In this document: positions 35,190-46,704 of the stretch, one piece after another
Position numbering within the stretch: position 1 is the stretch's first letter
Layout: each line of letters opens with the position of its first letter
Assembly: GCA_051530055.1 (NCBI GenBank)
Contig: JBMGUZ010000009.1
Location: forward strand, 1 to 64,000
Length of the DNA stretch: 64,000 nt
Reading direction: 5' to 3'
From: Neoechinorhynchus agilis
Taxonomy: Eukaryota > Animalia > Acanthocephala
Notes under the pieces: generated by a model
Database searches by the model: none
What the model saw: only the letters and a program-made list of their open reading frames with translations
Told to the model about the DNA's origin: nothing
Translations under genes and position numbers: made by a program

Positions 35190-36790
35190 TGACACATACA
35201 GCAAAGGCGTGGGTATGATTGTGGTAAGTACGCTATTGATTGTGCAATGTACTCTATTGATTGTGCTATGTACGCTATTGATGGTGCTAGCGTAAATGGG
35301 CATAAAATAGTGTGTGTTGTACACATATAGAGTTTTGTTGCAATAAACAGTTCCGCTGTTTGGTTCATCCACCATGTCAACATCTGGCGACGAGGACAAA
35401 TGAAAGACATGGATGGAGGGTATCATGGGACAGCAAAAGGTGTGGATGGAAGAGATATTCAAAATGGTGTCCAAGGCCCAGATTGAACAGAAAAATGTGA
35501 TACGGGGAGCACAGATAACCCCATTCTGCACTTTCGATGGAGTCGAGAACTGGGCCGAGTACGTAGAACAAGCCGAAGCTCACATGGAAATCAATGGAAT
35601 CAAGGAAAGCGACGAAGAAAAGCGTAGATCCCGTCTATTGGACTGGATGGGTCCAAAGATTTACACAGAGCTAAAGAAGATGGTAGCCGGCCGACCGTTC
35701 GGCGAAGTCAGCTATGTAGATGTCAAGTCGCTGATTGACGCTCACGTAGCACAGCCAATGCACTAGATAACGGCGTGCTACCTCTTTAGTACATGCCGTA
35801 AAGCAGAAGGACAAACTCACGCCGAGTGGGCTACAGCACTACGAGGAGCTGCACGAGGATGCGGTTTCTACAACAAGGAAGTTAAGGATGAACGATCAGC
35901 GGTCGACGAAAGGATTAAGGATCATATAATCGTGGCGACATCTTCGAAAGCTTTAAGAAAAGCTGCGATGCTAGGCAAGGATTAAGCATCATTGGAGGAA
36001 GTCTTAAAGATTGCCGAAGCGATCGAGGTAGCAGAAAAGGCGAGTGAGCTGTTATGTGATTCAAAAAGTAACGAGCGTTCGGATCAAAGAGGAGAGGTCG
36101 AGGTTGATCGAATAATAAGTCAAAGGTTCACAAGGAAATCAGAGGATAAGCGAGTACAAGAACCGAAAGAGAAGTTCGGTAATCGATGTGGAAAATGCGG
36201 ATTCGTTCATCGAGATAATGTTCAATGTCCGGCAAGAAGAGGAAAATGTTACAAGTGTGGTATTAGCGGACATTTTGCCCGAATGTGTAGAAAAGCGTGG
36301 GTGAGACAAGTAGAAGCGGTAAAAGGAGTGCAGTCTAGAGAGGATGAGTGGGAACCTAAGAAAGGTTATGGTTGTTATGGGCTAATCTGCACTGCAAATG
36401 ACGAGGGTAATTGAGCAGAAATAAAGGCGAGGGTCGATGGATGTCTAGTGACAATGAATTTTGATATTGGCGCGGATGTTAGTATCGTCGACGAGGATAT
36501 GTGGAATAATATCGGAAAGCCGAGTTTGAAAGCGACGAAGCGATTGAAGGCGCTTAGAGGATCCGAAATCGACTGTCTGGGCAAGTGCAAAGTGAGAATC
36601 GAAACAAGAGGGATAAAGAAGAATACAGTGGTGCACGTGGTAAAAGGAACGAAGGGATGTTTATGGGGGATTGACTGGATAAAGCTGTTTGATATGGAGT
36701 TACCCCCTTCAGTGATCGTCAGGGGAATAAAGACCGTACAGGAGTCAGTGGATGAGATGCTAAAACAGTTTAAAGTACTTTTCGAGAGGT
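35190..36790 (+). mobile_element. Gypsy LTR retrotransposon 5' part: LTR end, PBS, gag with CCHC knuckle, aspartic protease
   Basis: AATAAAC..TCAACA at 35382, PBS TGGCGACGAGGA at 35385-35396, gag from 35413, CYKCGISGHFARMC, and protease NFDIGADVS. Three 21-bp subrepeats in the LTR. Confidence 0.9.
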
Positions 36791-37560
36791 GTACCCTCCA
36801 GACAACGTATGTTCGGAAAAGGAACGTTTTTGAGGTGATGAGGGGGAGAGAAGGATAAAACAATGGTCAGACGAGGCGATTGGGTGGAGTTTGGTAGTGA
36901 ACGAGTATTGCCTGATGTTTGGGAATTTTATCAAGGCGGGAGGAGAAGCGTGTGGGGAAAGTAACGAGTTGGGAGAGATGAGAGAGCGAGGACGGGATCG
37001 GCAGTTTGTTAAAATCGCCCAATATGATGAAGTGATCTGAGGGTGGTCTATTTGTTGAAGTCTGTTGGGGATGTTTGAGGAAGGAGGCCTATAGAGGTCA
37101 GCGATAGAGATCTCATGTTGGCCATTGCGGAGGGGGAGATAAAGTTGGATGTGAAGCCATTCAAGATCGTCGGAGATCAAAAGGCAGGGTGAAGAGCAGT
37201 GGTAAGGGAGAGGGACGCGGATGAAGATCGATATGCCTCCCCGTTTCGGAAGTCCCTTGTGAGGTGAAAAGCTTGAAAGTTTGGAAGGAGTCTGTGGGGG
37301 ATGTTTGAGGAAGGAGGCCTATAGAGGTCAGCGATAGAGATCTCACGTTGGCCATTGCGGAGGGGGAAATGAAGTTGGATGTGAAGCCAAAAAGATCGTC
37401 GGAGATCAAAAGGCAGGGTGAAGAGCAATGGTAAGGGAGAGGCCGTTGAGTTGACGAGAGAGAGAACGATTGAGTTGATGAGAGAGATAACGTTGAACGA
37501 TTGAATTGGCGAGAGAGAGAACGATGACGAGAATGAGAAAGAGGCATTAAAGATCATGCC
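36790..37560 (-). mobile_element. L2/CR1-type LINE 5'/APE fragment with a ~230-bp internal duplication
   Basis: ISIADLYRPP occurs twice (37066-37170 and 37296-37400). ASSDHC motif. Confidence 0.75.
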
Positions 37561-37658
37561 GAAGATAGAAAGGAAAGATCAATCAGACCCAGAAGTGTTG
37601 AGCAACCATTCCACTGTCGCTGACCTCCGTTGCCGGGTCCTCCTTACCTGAGGCCGCC

Positions 37659-39353
37659 GTGCCACCGTCTACCGGAGATTCATTCAATCTTAAAAACCTA
37701 AGCATCTACCGTTTGATTACCGGCTCTCAGAAAAGTATGGTCGAATTCGCCCTCGCCGTATTTTCTTGCTTTCCTGACGCTGTGTATAAGGCGGATTCTT
37801 CTCTTCGAGGGCTTGCCTTTAGACAGGGCGGGTTCGAAATCGCTCCTCTGCCTCTAGATGTGCCACATAGTGAGAAGCAAGCCTTTCTCGATGCATTTCT
37901 TGTCTTCTATAAAGATATAGCTCGTCCTTGCGTGTTAAAGTCAGAAGAGGTGAGCAAATATGAGCAGCATTTTAGTCTTGACACTATTTTTAGCGCTAGA
38001 GACTATTATGACGTTTATGTTGTCGCTCGCAAATCGTGTATTGACTGTGGCAAGACAGTTGGGCAATCAGCCTCTTCCTTCCAAAATGTCCACGCCTGGG
38101 CCCATCATTTATTCCACCGAACCTTTGCGGATCTTGATCTGAACGATGAATTGTCGGTTCGTGACATATTTGATGGAACTAAGTCTAACCATACGATCAA
38201 AATAAGGCGCAACACTTCGACCCTCCTTCTTATGCGTATTCTTGTTGCTGCTCAACTCTTCAAGCTCAAACTTATTTCAGAGGAAGAACTCATGGCTGGC
38301 GGTCTTGTCTCCGGATTGGGTGTTTTCTGCCCTACATTCGAGGCTCTCACCACCCGTCAAGCTCGTATCTTGATGGTCACTAGACGGTTACTTTCTAGAG
38401 CTAGAGCTATCTTAGCCACAGTTTTTCCTGATCTCATCGAATCGATAATTGGACCTCCACTCCCGTCTCCTTTAACTGAAAAGAGAGCTGAAGGTGAACC
38501 TGTCACTGTCTTACCTCCAGAAGATCTTAACTTAACATCTTCTACTTTGCCTGAGAAGACGATGATTCAGCAGGACCAGCTTTCTACTATTACTCAAACT
38601 TTCGGGGCTTCCCCCACCGACCTTATAAGCAGCGCCACTCCGACACCATCACGAGCTAAATTTCGTGCGGCTGTTGACAAAATCCTGACAAAAAAGAGAA
38701 TTGAGTTCAAGGAGATCCTTTCACAAAATCAGAAACAAGTCGAATCTACGCGAGAAGCCTTGGCTAAGCGCCCTCGCGACCCTGTATTACTTGGGATTTT
38801 GGAAGAATCTAGAACGGCTCAACTTAAAATCGACTCTAGTTTAGCTCTGATAGAAAAAGTCGCAGAAGAGTTTCAAGCGCTTTCTCACCTTGACGATCTA
38901 CCAGTGATGACGACCTATAACGATGATCTCGATTTGGAGTCATTACCTAACAGCCCAGTCGACCTCGGCACCGCCTTCCTAGCTTATATGACTAGGGCGA
39001 AGGCCACCGTTGGCACTGCTGAACACGTTCGTGTAGAAAAGAGGGAAAAGCGCGAGAAATACCGTAATTACAACTCGTTTGTTCCGACCGACAAGAATGG
39101 CTCATTTACGCGTGATATGGAGGCCGCCGTGCGAAGGACGAACAGCGACGAACAAGGTAAGTCTGCGACAATGATCATCAAGAACTGTCTACACTGTGGC
39201 CGAAAGCACAACGATGTTTCGAGGTGCCGAGCCAAGACAATGGTGTGCTACAAATGCAACAGAGTGGGTCATTTGTCACGTTGCTGTAAGACCTCGCGCA
39301 TGGTTCAACAGATAATTGGACAGGATTCGAGCGACGATAAAGCGATTATGTGA
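37659..39353 (+). CDS. Unknown ~500-aa ORF fused in frame to a gypsy gag zinc-knuckle region
   Basis: 564 codons, open from 37602, first ATG at 37737. Contains a CxxC-x14-H-x3-H motif, a coiled-coil-like segment and a terminal CYKCNRVGHLSRCC. Confidence 0.6.
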   Translation: MPPSTGDSFNLKNLSIYRLITGSQKSMVEFALAVFSCFPDAVYKADSSLRGLAFRQGGFEIAPLPLDVPHSEKQAFLDAFLVFYKDIARPCVLKSEEVSKYEQHFSLDTIFSARDYYDVYVVARKSCIDCGKTVGQSASSFQNVHAWAHHLFHRTFADLDLNDELSVRDIFDGTKSNHTIKIRRNTSTLLLMRILVAAQLFKLKLISEEELMAGGLVSGLGVFCPTFEALTTRQARILMVTRRLLSRARAILATVFPDLIESIIGPPLPSPLTEKRAEGEPVTVLPPEDLNLTSSTLPEKTMIQQDQLSTITQTFGASPTDLISSATPTPSRAKFRAAVDKILTKKRIEFKEILSQNQKQVESTREALAKRPRDPVLLGILEESRTAQLKIDSSLALIEKVAEEFQALSHLDDLPVMTTYNDDLDLESLPNSPVDLGTAFLAYMTRAKATVGTAEHVRVEKREKREKYRNYNSFVPTDKNGSFTRDMEAAVRRTNSDEQGKSATMIIKNCLHCGRKHNDVSRCRAKTMVCYKCNRVGHLSRCCKTSRMVQQIIGQDSSDDKAIM

Positions 39354-41181
39354 TGCAATAGAACCGTAAAGGGAAGAAAAAAGCGGAAATTCACGCGAAA
39401 ATCAACGGGATCCCGATCTCTATGGAATTCGATACAGGAGCTGCTGAGTCCATCATTACCCGAAATATATGGGCGAAGCTGGGAAAGCCGAAATTAGGAG
39501 AAGCTCCTTCAATCAGAGCGTTTGGTGGCACGAAGATTGATACTATTGGGTCATGCAATGTGCAGGTGACGCTAGCTAATCGAAGGGAAACGCTCAACGT
39601 CATTGTGATCTCGGGCGTAGAAAAGCAAATCTTCGGATTACCTTGGGTGCTCAAATTCGATTTAACAATTCCTGCTGCACGGATTGTTGATGTACACAAA
39701 ATTTGAGCGTCAACGAACCAAACGGAGGATCTATCCGATGCGAAAATCAAGGCTTTGATGAGGAACGAACTCGAGACGGTATTCGATGGAGAACTGGGGG
39801 CAGTAACAAATTTCGAAGTAAGCCTGTCGGCCATTAAGAACCAAGAAGGTACGACGTGGAACCTCTTGAGAGAGAGTTGGAGCGATTGGTCTCGATTGGT
39901 ATTCTGATCCCAGTGGACGTGACAAAGGATGATCTCAAGTGGGCGACGCCCGTCAGAATCACTACGCCGATATCTTGTCCAGGATGCCGATGCTAAGTGA
40001 AGACGATTTGATGAATTCCACAGAAGACGATACGCTTCATTACATTAAGCGAGTAAGCTCTTCAAATCACGGATGGAGTATTGAGGAGCTTAACAAACAT
40101 GGACAGACAGTTGACGCGTATCAAACGATTTCTAACATGTGGATGGCCGATAAAAATAGACAATGAGGATAAGCCTTTTTGGAGGCGACGTGACGAATTC
40201 TCCACTCAGAACGACATGGTCGTGTGGCTTGATCGAATTGTGATCCCACAGAGACTTCGCATCACCGCCCTCCATCAGTTACACGAAGGTCATCCTGGCG
40301 TCGTTGCTATGAAAACGTTGGCTCGTTTCTACTGCTGGTAGCCAAGAATCGATGAAGAAATCGAAAAATATGTCGGGAAGTGTCTCGATTACCCTGAAAA
40401 GATGGGCGAAACCAGAACACCTCAGCCTTCAAAACTTCCTGATGTCTTACAGGAGCATGCCACCTTACGATAACGCAGAAATGCCCAGCGGAGATGATGT
40501 TCGAGAGACGAATAAAGTCCCTGTGGGATAATATAAAACCGTGTGCTACCAAGACATCCAGCAGAAAGCAAGCGTTGCAAAAGCAGTCCCGTGATAAGAA
40601 TTGTGCGAAACTAACAGAGTATAATATGGATGATAAGGCATGGGTCAGGGACACGGTAAAAAAGGAATGGAACAAGGGAGTTATAAGGAAGCAGAATGGG
40701 TCACTATCTTATGTGGTGCAGACAAATATGGGTGAGAAGAGAATGCATGCCGACCACATAAGAAAAAGAGCAATAGGAAAACATGAAGATCCGGAAGGAT
40801 TCATTGATGAAGACGTTGTTGCAGATTTGAAGGATGGTGAAGATCAAAATAACAAACTCCAGGATAATGAAACACCACACAGCAAGAAACAGAACGAGGA
40901 TCGATCTGGGAACTGAGCGAAGTTGAAAGAAGCATGAGCGAAGAAAGTTTTAGAGCGGCAAATGAACAAGCAAACAGAAGCGAAAATAGGTCGGAACACG
41001 AATTAAATGAAGAACGATGGCTAAGGCGGAGTACAAGAATAAGGAGAAAGCCAATACTGCCGTATGATGAGTACCGAAATCTCCGAGGGGGAGAAATGTA
41101 GTGACATGACGGCATTGCAACGTTGATATGTGAGTGTGGGTTTTAGTTAGTTTTTGAATTCTTGATTGACACATAAAATAG
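39160..41181 (+). mobile_element. Internally deleted gypsy element: CCHC, protease, RNase H end, integrase ends, PPT and 3' LTR start
   Basis: MEFDTGAAESII, YADILSRMP and LHEGHPG..YCW*P. PPT GAGGGGGAGAAA at 41085-41096 followed by TGTAGTG. RT core absent. Confidence 0.88.
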
Positions 41182-41663
41182 TTGAAGAATCGAATGATAT
41201 GAGCATGACAGGCGATCTGGAAAATACCCAGTCTATAACGCAACGCCTTGAAACGACAACGAGTGAATTGTCAGTCATCGAGCGATACGGATCGTCATAT
41301 GTAGTTCTAAACTACCTTCCCGGTGTGCCGAATCTGCTACCCTATATATCGCCGAATGGCCACGATTGTTCACCAGTCAATCTTGGAGCGGCCAGAATAA
41401 TAGAATCTCTTGCCATATCTTCTTACGTCAGGATAGTCACAGAAAGTGAACTTGGACTAGTCACAGAATCTTTCAACACATTATGGAAAACATCATCCAT
41501 TGCAAGTCCGAATGTGTTCGCAATGATTTCAGCGCTCAGACCAGTCAGAACCGAAGACTTTGTTATAGTGAAGAAACAAAAAGAGGCAACAACCGAGTCA
41601 GTGACAAAGACGTCATCTACCATACTCAGAAAATGTGGTCAATACCAAAGAAATGCCCTTTAA
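41166..41663 (+). CDS. Hypothetical 165-codon ORF, possibly the continuation of the 37.7-kb ORF
   Basis: Open frame with non-repetitive composition and no recognised domain. An AG at 41180-41181 is phase-compatible with the donor at 39157. Confidence 0.4.
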   Translation: MTHKIVEESNDMSMTGDLENTQSITQRLETTTSELSVIERYGSSYVVLNYLPGVPNLLPYISPNGHDCSPVNLGAARIIESLAISSYVRIVTESELGLVTESFNTLWKTSSIASPNVFAMISALRPVRTEDFVIVKKQKEATTESVTKTSSTILRKCGQYQRNAL

Positions 41664-44613
41664 TATTGAGAGCGTAAAAACAGTAAATTGTAAAGTTGAA
41701 GATAAGAAGAATTGTTGAAAAATTATTTCTGACGATCACATCTTGCTGTCGACAAACGATGAACTACTTTCCTGCATCGAAAATGATTTGAAAAGAACAG
41801 TCTCGGAAGCTAAGGGGAAATCGAAAATTCTTCATTGACTGAACAAGTACCGAAAAAACGATGTATTATATTTCATTTATTAAATATCGCTAACGAAATA
41901 AAATTTGAAGGAATATCTCAACGCTCCAATCGGAATGCGCTAACAGTTTTTCCGAGACCGATTTTTCACTATGTAACAAAAACGACTAAGAAAAGGAGTT
42001 TTAGCAGATTGAATACAGAAGTATTGATATATTTCCAAGTCAACTTTTAGGAGTTCTAGACTTTAGATAATCATCTCTGATATTCGATTAATGAATGAAC
42101 ATTCAAACGGCTGCAAAAGTTATCGCCAAAGCATTTCTTCATCGTACACGAAAATTATGAACTGAAACTAAAACTCTTCCATACGAAAACATATTCCTAG
42201 AAAGCAGCATTAATAACGAAAGTTTAGCAGCAGACACTTTACAGAATAACACTTTCAAAAAAATATAATTTGCATATTACAAACGATTGGAGTTATTCAT
42301 TGGATGACAAATGTAACGGAACGTGCCGTGTTCAATTCAACAAAGTCGAAGAGTTACATAGCAAAAGGGCGAAGTTCAGAGAGTTAAATTTTATCTGTAA
42401 TGAGGGCCTGGCAGTACGGTTCTGGTTTAGAAGACCATAATCTAAGGAAAAGAGGTGATGGCTGGGAAGAAAGTGTATTTCGAAAGCTTAATCGAAGGCC
42501 AGTAAGAAATTCGAGCTGAACAAGGCCCGGGCAATCTATGGGACGAGACCCATTGATTTTTTGATAAGGGAAGAAATTGCAACCAACACGTCTTCCAAGA
42601 ACAAACTTGAACATAATCTTGTGAGAGTGCATGTGAATGAGAAGGGTGCTCTTGTTAATCTCTCGGTGATAAATCTCTTTTGGATTCTAGACGAGATACG
42701 GATGATGCAGATAAAGTGGCATTTCTTGCTCGCAACCTTGATAAGTTGAGTGGGGTCCAACATGTGGATTCTCCGCTTCTCGTCGAGCAAACTCTGATTT
42801 CAATGTCCAGCATACAAAATAGAAATCCAAGCCTAAGTCACCTTAACTATTGCCACTGTAGCGAAACACTATTATGGTTGGCCCAAACATATTGGAAATG
42901 ATGGCTGTGGGCATTACGTTCAAAAAACTCCAGAAACTCCTGATGCTCCAGAGTGGATACTCAATTAAAGTAGACGTAGAATAGAAAGAAATTTACATCG
43001 GGAACTGTCTTCTGAGCGATGGCCGCTTTGAGACCAGTGCAAATGAAGGATTTCATGATCATCAAAGAAAAGTGTCCATTATGGGAACGATCTCTACACA
43101 ATCTATCTTTTAATGGTTGACGATTTATTAATGATAGCAATGTTGATCGGTCACCGACTTGCCGTCAATTTTCGTAACTCCCTGCAACTCTTTAACATTC
43201 CAGAGGTGAAATCGAGACAAAGAACGATGATCATTCAACTTTGGATGCCACTCACCTAACGGTTGAGGAATCAATACAGTATATAAAGTAGGAGTTAGAT
43301 TACTATCATCACTCTTTGAACAGTACAGTTCAAGTTCCAGAAAACTTGACCACAATTTCAACCCCAATCTAAAGTCTCAGGACATAAAACAATTCTTGAA
43401 TTTTGTGACAGCCAAGCATTGTTTTCTGGGTGGCGAGAAACTGTGTTTTTAAGTTGGAGAAACAACATTTCTAACAATTTCAAGAAAAATTACTCACATT
43501 GAGGCGCAGAGACGTCTGCCCCCGATACGAACGTAGTAGAAATCCACCATTCGCGCCAAAATCGCTCGATTGATCAGAGAACAAAAAGAACGACGCAAGG
43601 AACACGAGGGCGGCAACCACAGAAAGCGGACGACGATTTGGAACATACGAAAAAACGGAAGAATTCGATGTTGGTGAAAAGATTTGGCGTGCGTTTAAAA
43701 TTTTTTGTCGCCATTTAATCGATAAAATTTATTTGTGAAAAGTTGCCATGTAGTCTCTGTGCTCGAAGTCTTTTCAAATTAAGAGCACTTTTATTCGTTT
43801 TCGTAAGTGTTACGTAAAAGAAGGTCAAATTTTCCACAGAAACGCATCTACCAGCAGGCGAATTCTGACTAAAACTGGACATCATGAAACACCGGAAACA
43901 CGTCCAAGAGTTTTAAATCTTGAAGAATTTCAAGCAGCGCACAACTTCATTGGTCCATTTGTTATGTATTTTCCAAAAAACCTAATGGCTTCCTCTCCAT
44001 TGCTGCTCACGGTAGCGTCCGAATGCCGAATCGCCCAGATGACACAGGCAAAGAAGCTTGTCGCCACGCCTAATCTGAGAGCTGGACATTTAAAATACGC
44101 TCGAGACAAGCCCTCACCTTGCCGTCGAGCTTAGCCAATCCTTTTTTGTGTTTGAAGAATAATTTGGGATAAAGAGTGCGTTCTTTATCAATTGAAGTAT
44201 AAAATTTTCTTAAAATCGTTTTATCTCGTTCTTACAATTTTTGTTATTATTATCCTCGCTGGACATTTGCGGAAAACATCCTTTGTTTTATTTGGGATTA
44301 AACTTTTAACCAAAACACCTGAATTCATTATTTTGTACATTGTTCGTTGAGCTTTTTGGACGGTAACAGCTTCTTTTCATTTAAGAGAAATCTTTTGCTA
44401 CGGCTTCTGAGACACTGCATATATTTGAATTTAAAATCAATAATCTAACGATGCAATTTTTATGCAGTTGATTCTTGCATTTAAGCAGGTACGAACAGAA
44501 TACTAATGTAGACCGCTTAAGCCGCAAATTTCAAAATTCTTTTCAAGCGATTCCTTACTTTTGGAAAACTCCGCAGTGCCCGTACATTTTCCCCATAAGA
44601 TCAAAAATATTTT

Positions 44614-45283
44614 TTAACGTCTAGGCTCCTGTGACGGATTTGGCCTTTCAACACATCCGAACATGTATCTGCTTTTACAATTCGGATCCTCCACAGACAT
44701 GTACCGCTTCGTCATTTCCAGGAATAAATTTAAGTCAAGTTCTACACGTTTCGCTTCCGTCAATTTGTCATAGCAGAACCAAGTAAGCTCAAGTGGCGCA
44801 TCACCCATAAAAGTCATCTCATAGAAATCGATGTTTCCGTTGCTATTAAAGTCGAGGACGTTTTGGAAATAGTAGACAAGGAGATCATGGAACCAATGGG
44901 GCATTTCTCCGGTTCTTCTAACTTCGTTTCGGACCGTCTTGTAAGACGGAACTTTTTTAGTGAGAATGATACTGTTTTTGATTAGTACTTACCCTGCAAA
45001 AATTTAACCAGTCTTCGCGAGATATTCTTTGACTGCCGTGAGTAATCTGTTGAGTAAGTGTATCGAACAATCGTCCGTAAGCTTGATATTGAGCTTGTTG
45101 GATTCGGGGCATGTGCTGCTCGAGTTCTTGAGTATTTGGTTGTTGGCTAAAGAACTGTTGTACGGCTTGACAGGCCCGACCGGCTCGATCTTCAAAATCC
45201 TTTCTTTCAAGAACACCATTGCCGTCAGTATCGAAAAAACGAAATAACCAATTGTATTTTTCCTCCAAGAAAGGTTCTCCCAT
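44614..45283 (-). CDS. Sarcoplasmic calcium-binding protein / calexcitin-like EF-hand protein, 2 exons, 204 aa
   Basis: Exons 45283-44993 and 44937-44614 with a 55-nt phase-0 GT-AG intron. EF loops DTDGNGVLERKD and DFNSNGNIDFYE; C-terminal SVEDP..YMFG typical of the family. Confidence 0.9.
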
Positions 45284-45814
45284 ATTATGTTTTGTTCGGT
45301 AGGCTAAACGATGAAGGTGATACTATGTGCGTTCTGATTTCAAACATTCAGTTTCATAAAAACACGCACTATTAAAGTTCTCACACTAACGCCCTTATAT
45401 CGTGAATCATTGCTAAACTGAAAGCGGAGTGCATGTAGAGGAGACTAAAGACGGAACGAGACGCTTGCAAGTGAAGTTTACTCATAGGAATTGTCATGAA
45501 TGAACTCAGCTTCAGCATGAAAAATTCCTGTATCAAATCCAAACATTCTAGGTACAATTGTTTTAACTAGTCGATAGAAAAATAAAAGAGGAGTGATTTT
45601 TGAGGATCCTTAAGTGACAAGGAGTGCATCTTTGACGGAATTGATTAGCGCGGAGATGAAGCTAATGCGCTCTTCACCATTTTATGCAAATCTACGCCAA
45701 CATATCTCTGATAGGGTAATAGCACTTCGCAACAATTGCAGAAAAAAGAGGACGTTCGTGTTAAATTGATTTGCAAATGAAAACTCTGCGTGCTCGCAAT
45801 AGGGTTTTGGATTT

Positions 45815-45897
45815 GGCAATGCTGCCAGCGTGATGGCGACGGTCGAGGAAGGACAAAAGCTGGAATTTGGTGGGAGGTGGTGAATGTAAAGAAAAGT
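45815..45897 (+). mobile_element. CRE-like 3' end fragment
   Basis: Nearly identical to 15083-15165 (GGCAATGCTGCCAGCGTGATGGCGACGG..GTAAAGAAAAGT). Confidence 0.85.
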
Positions 45898-46459
45898 AAC
45901 CCAATTAGTAAATGGCGTAAAAAATAAACACGAGGAATTTTAAAAAAAAACAGAGGGTGCTTGGGGTTAGACACCAATGGTAGAATTTAATCAACAAATT
46001 TCAAAACTTAATTTGATCTTTATTGTAGTTTTGAAACCGAAGCGTCGCGTTTTCGAGAAAAAAACCAACATTCATATCATTTGAGCAAAAAAATTTAAAA
46101 CTGAGTAGATGTATGCTGTGGATTTAATTGAAATCAAAAAATGTATTTCATCACATATAATTATTAGTATATTTTCTATAATTTCAACATTTAAAGTTGT
46201 GCTTGACATTCGCTATCCTCTGTGTTGTACTTATCTAATTCTTTTAACAAGTCAAATCGGCGAATTTAAAGTATAGTGTATTAATGATTGTAAACTTAAG
46301 GGGATAATAACGCATTTCGAGTTTTGTTAGATTAAATCGATTAGGGCTAGTTAGATAATTGAAATAAACAAGAATTTCTAAATTTTTAAGATAAACAAAA
46401 GTAAAAATTAAGTAAAGTGTGGAAATCATTTTGAGAAACATGAATTATGACGATAAAAT

Positions 46460-46704
46460 AAAACGGTTTGAAATTATTGCTTAGAAGTCTACATCCCCGG
46501 TAAATGATTATTTATTAAAGACGTTTCGAACCCCGTTGGGTTCATCATCCACTCATCCATTTGTATTTTAGAACTGATGATGAACTCGACGAGGTTCGAA
46601 ACGTCTTTAATAAATAATCATTTATCGGGGATGTAGACTTCTAAGCAATAATTAAAAAATCACATTCGCCGGTACCTCACATATCGAAAAAACGGTTTGA
46701 AATT
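46460..46704. mobile_element. Penelope-like fold-back insertion with 16-bp target-site duplication
   Basis: AAAACGGTTTGAAATT at 46460-46475 and 46689-46704. Inverted arms at 46472-46549 and 46576-46653. Confidence 0.8.
46566..46612 (+). ncRNA. Minimal type I hammerhead ribozyme motif
   Basis: CTGATGA-T-GAAC..GTTC-GAAA-CGTC with palindromic ACGU helix III and a GUC cleavage triplet ending at 46605. Confidence 0.8.

Noticed and set aside
42384-43720. Possible multi-exon type II membrane protein gene on the minus strand
   Set aside because: A hydrophobic anchor and GT-AG-like sites are visible, but the frames could not be joined without stops or frameshifts and no family was recognised.
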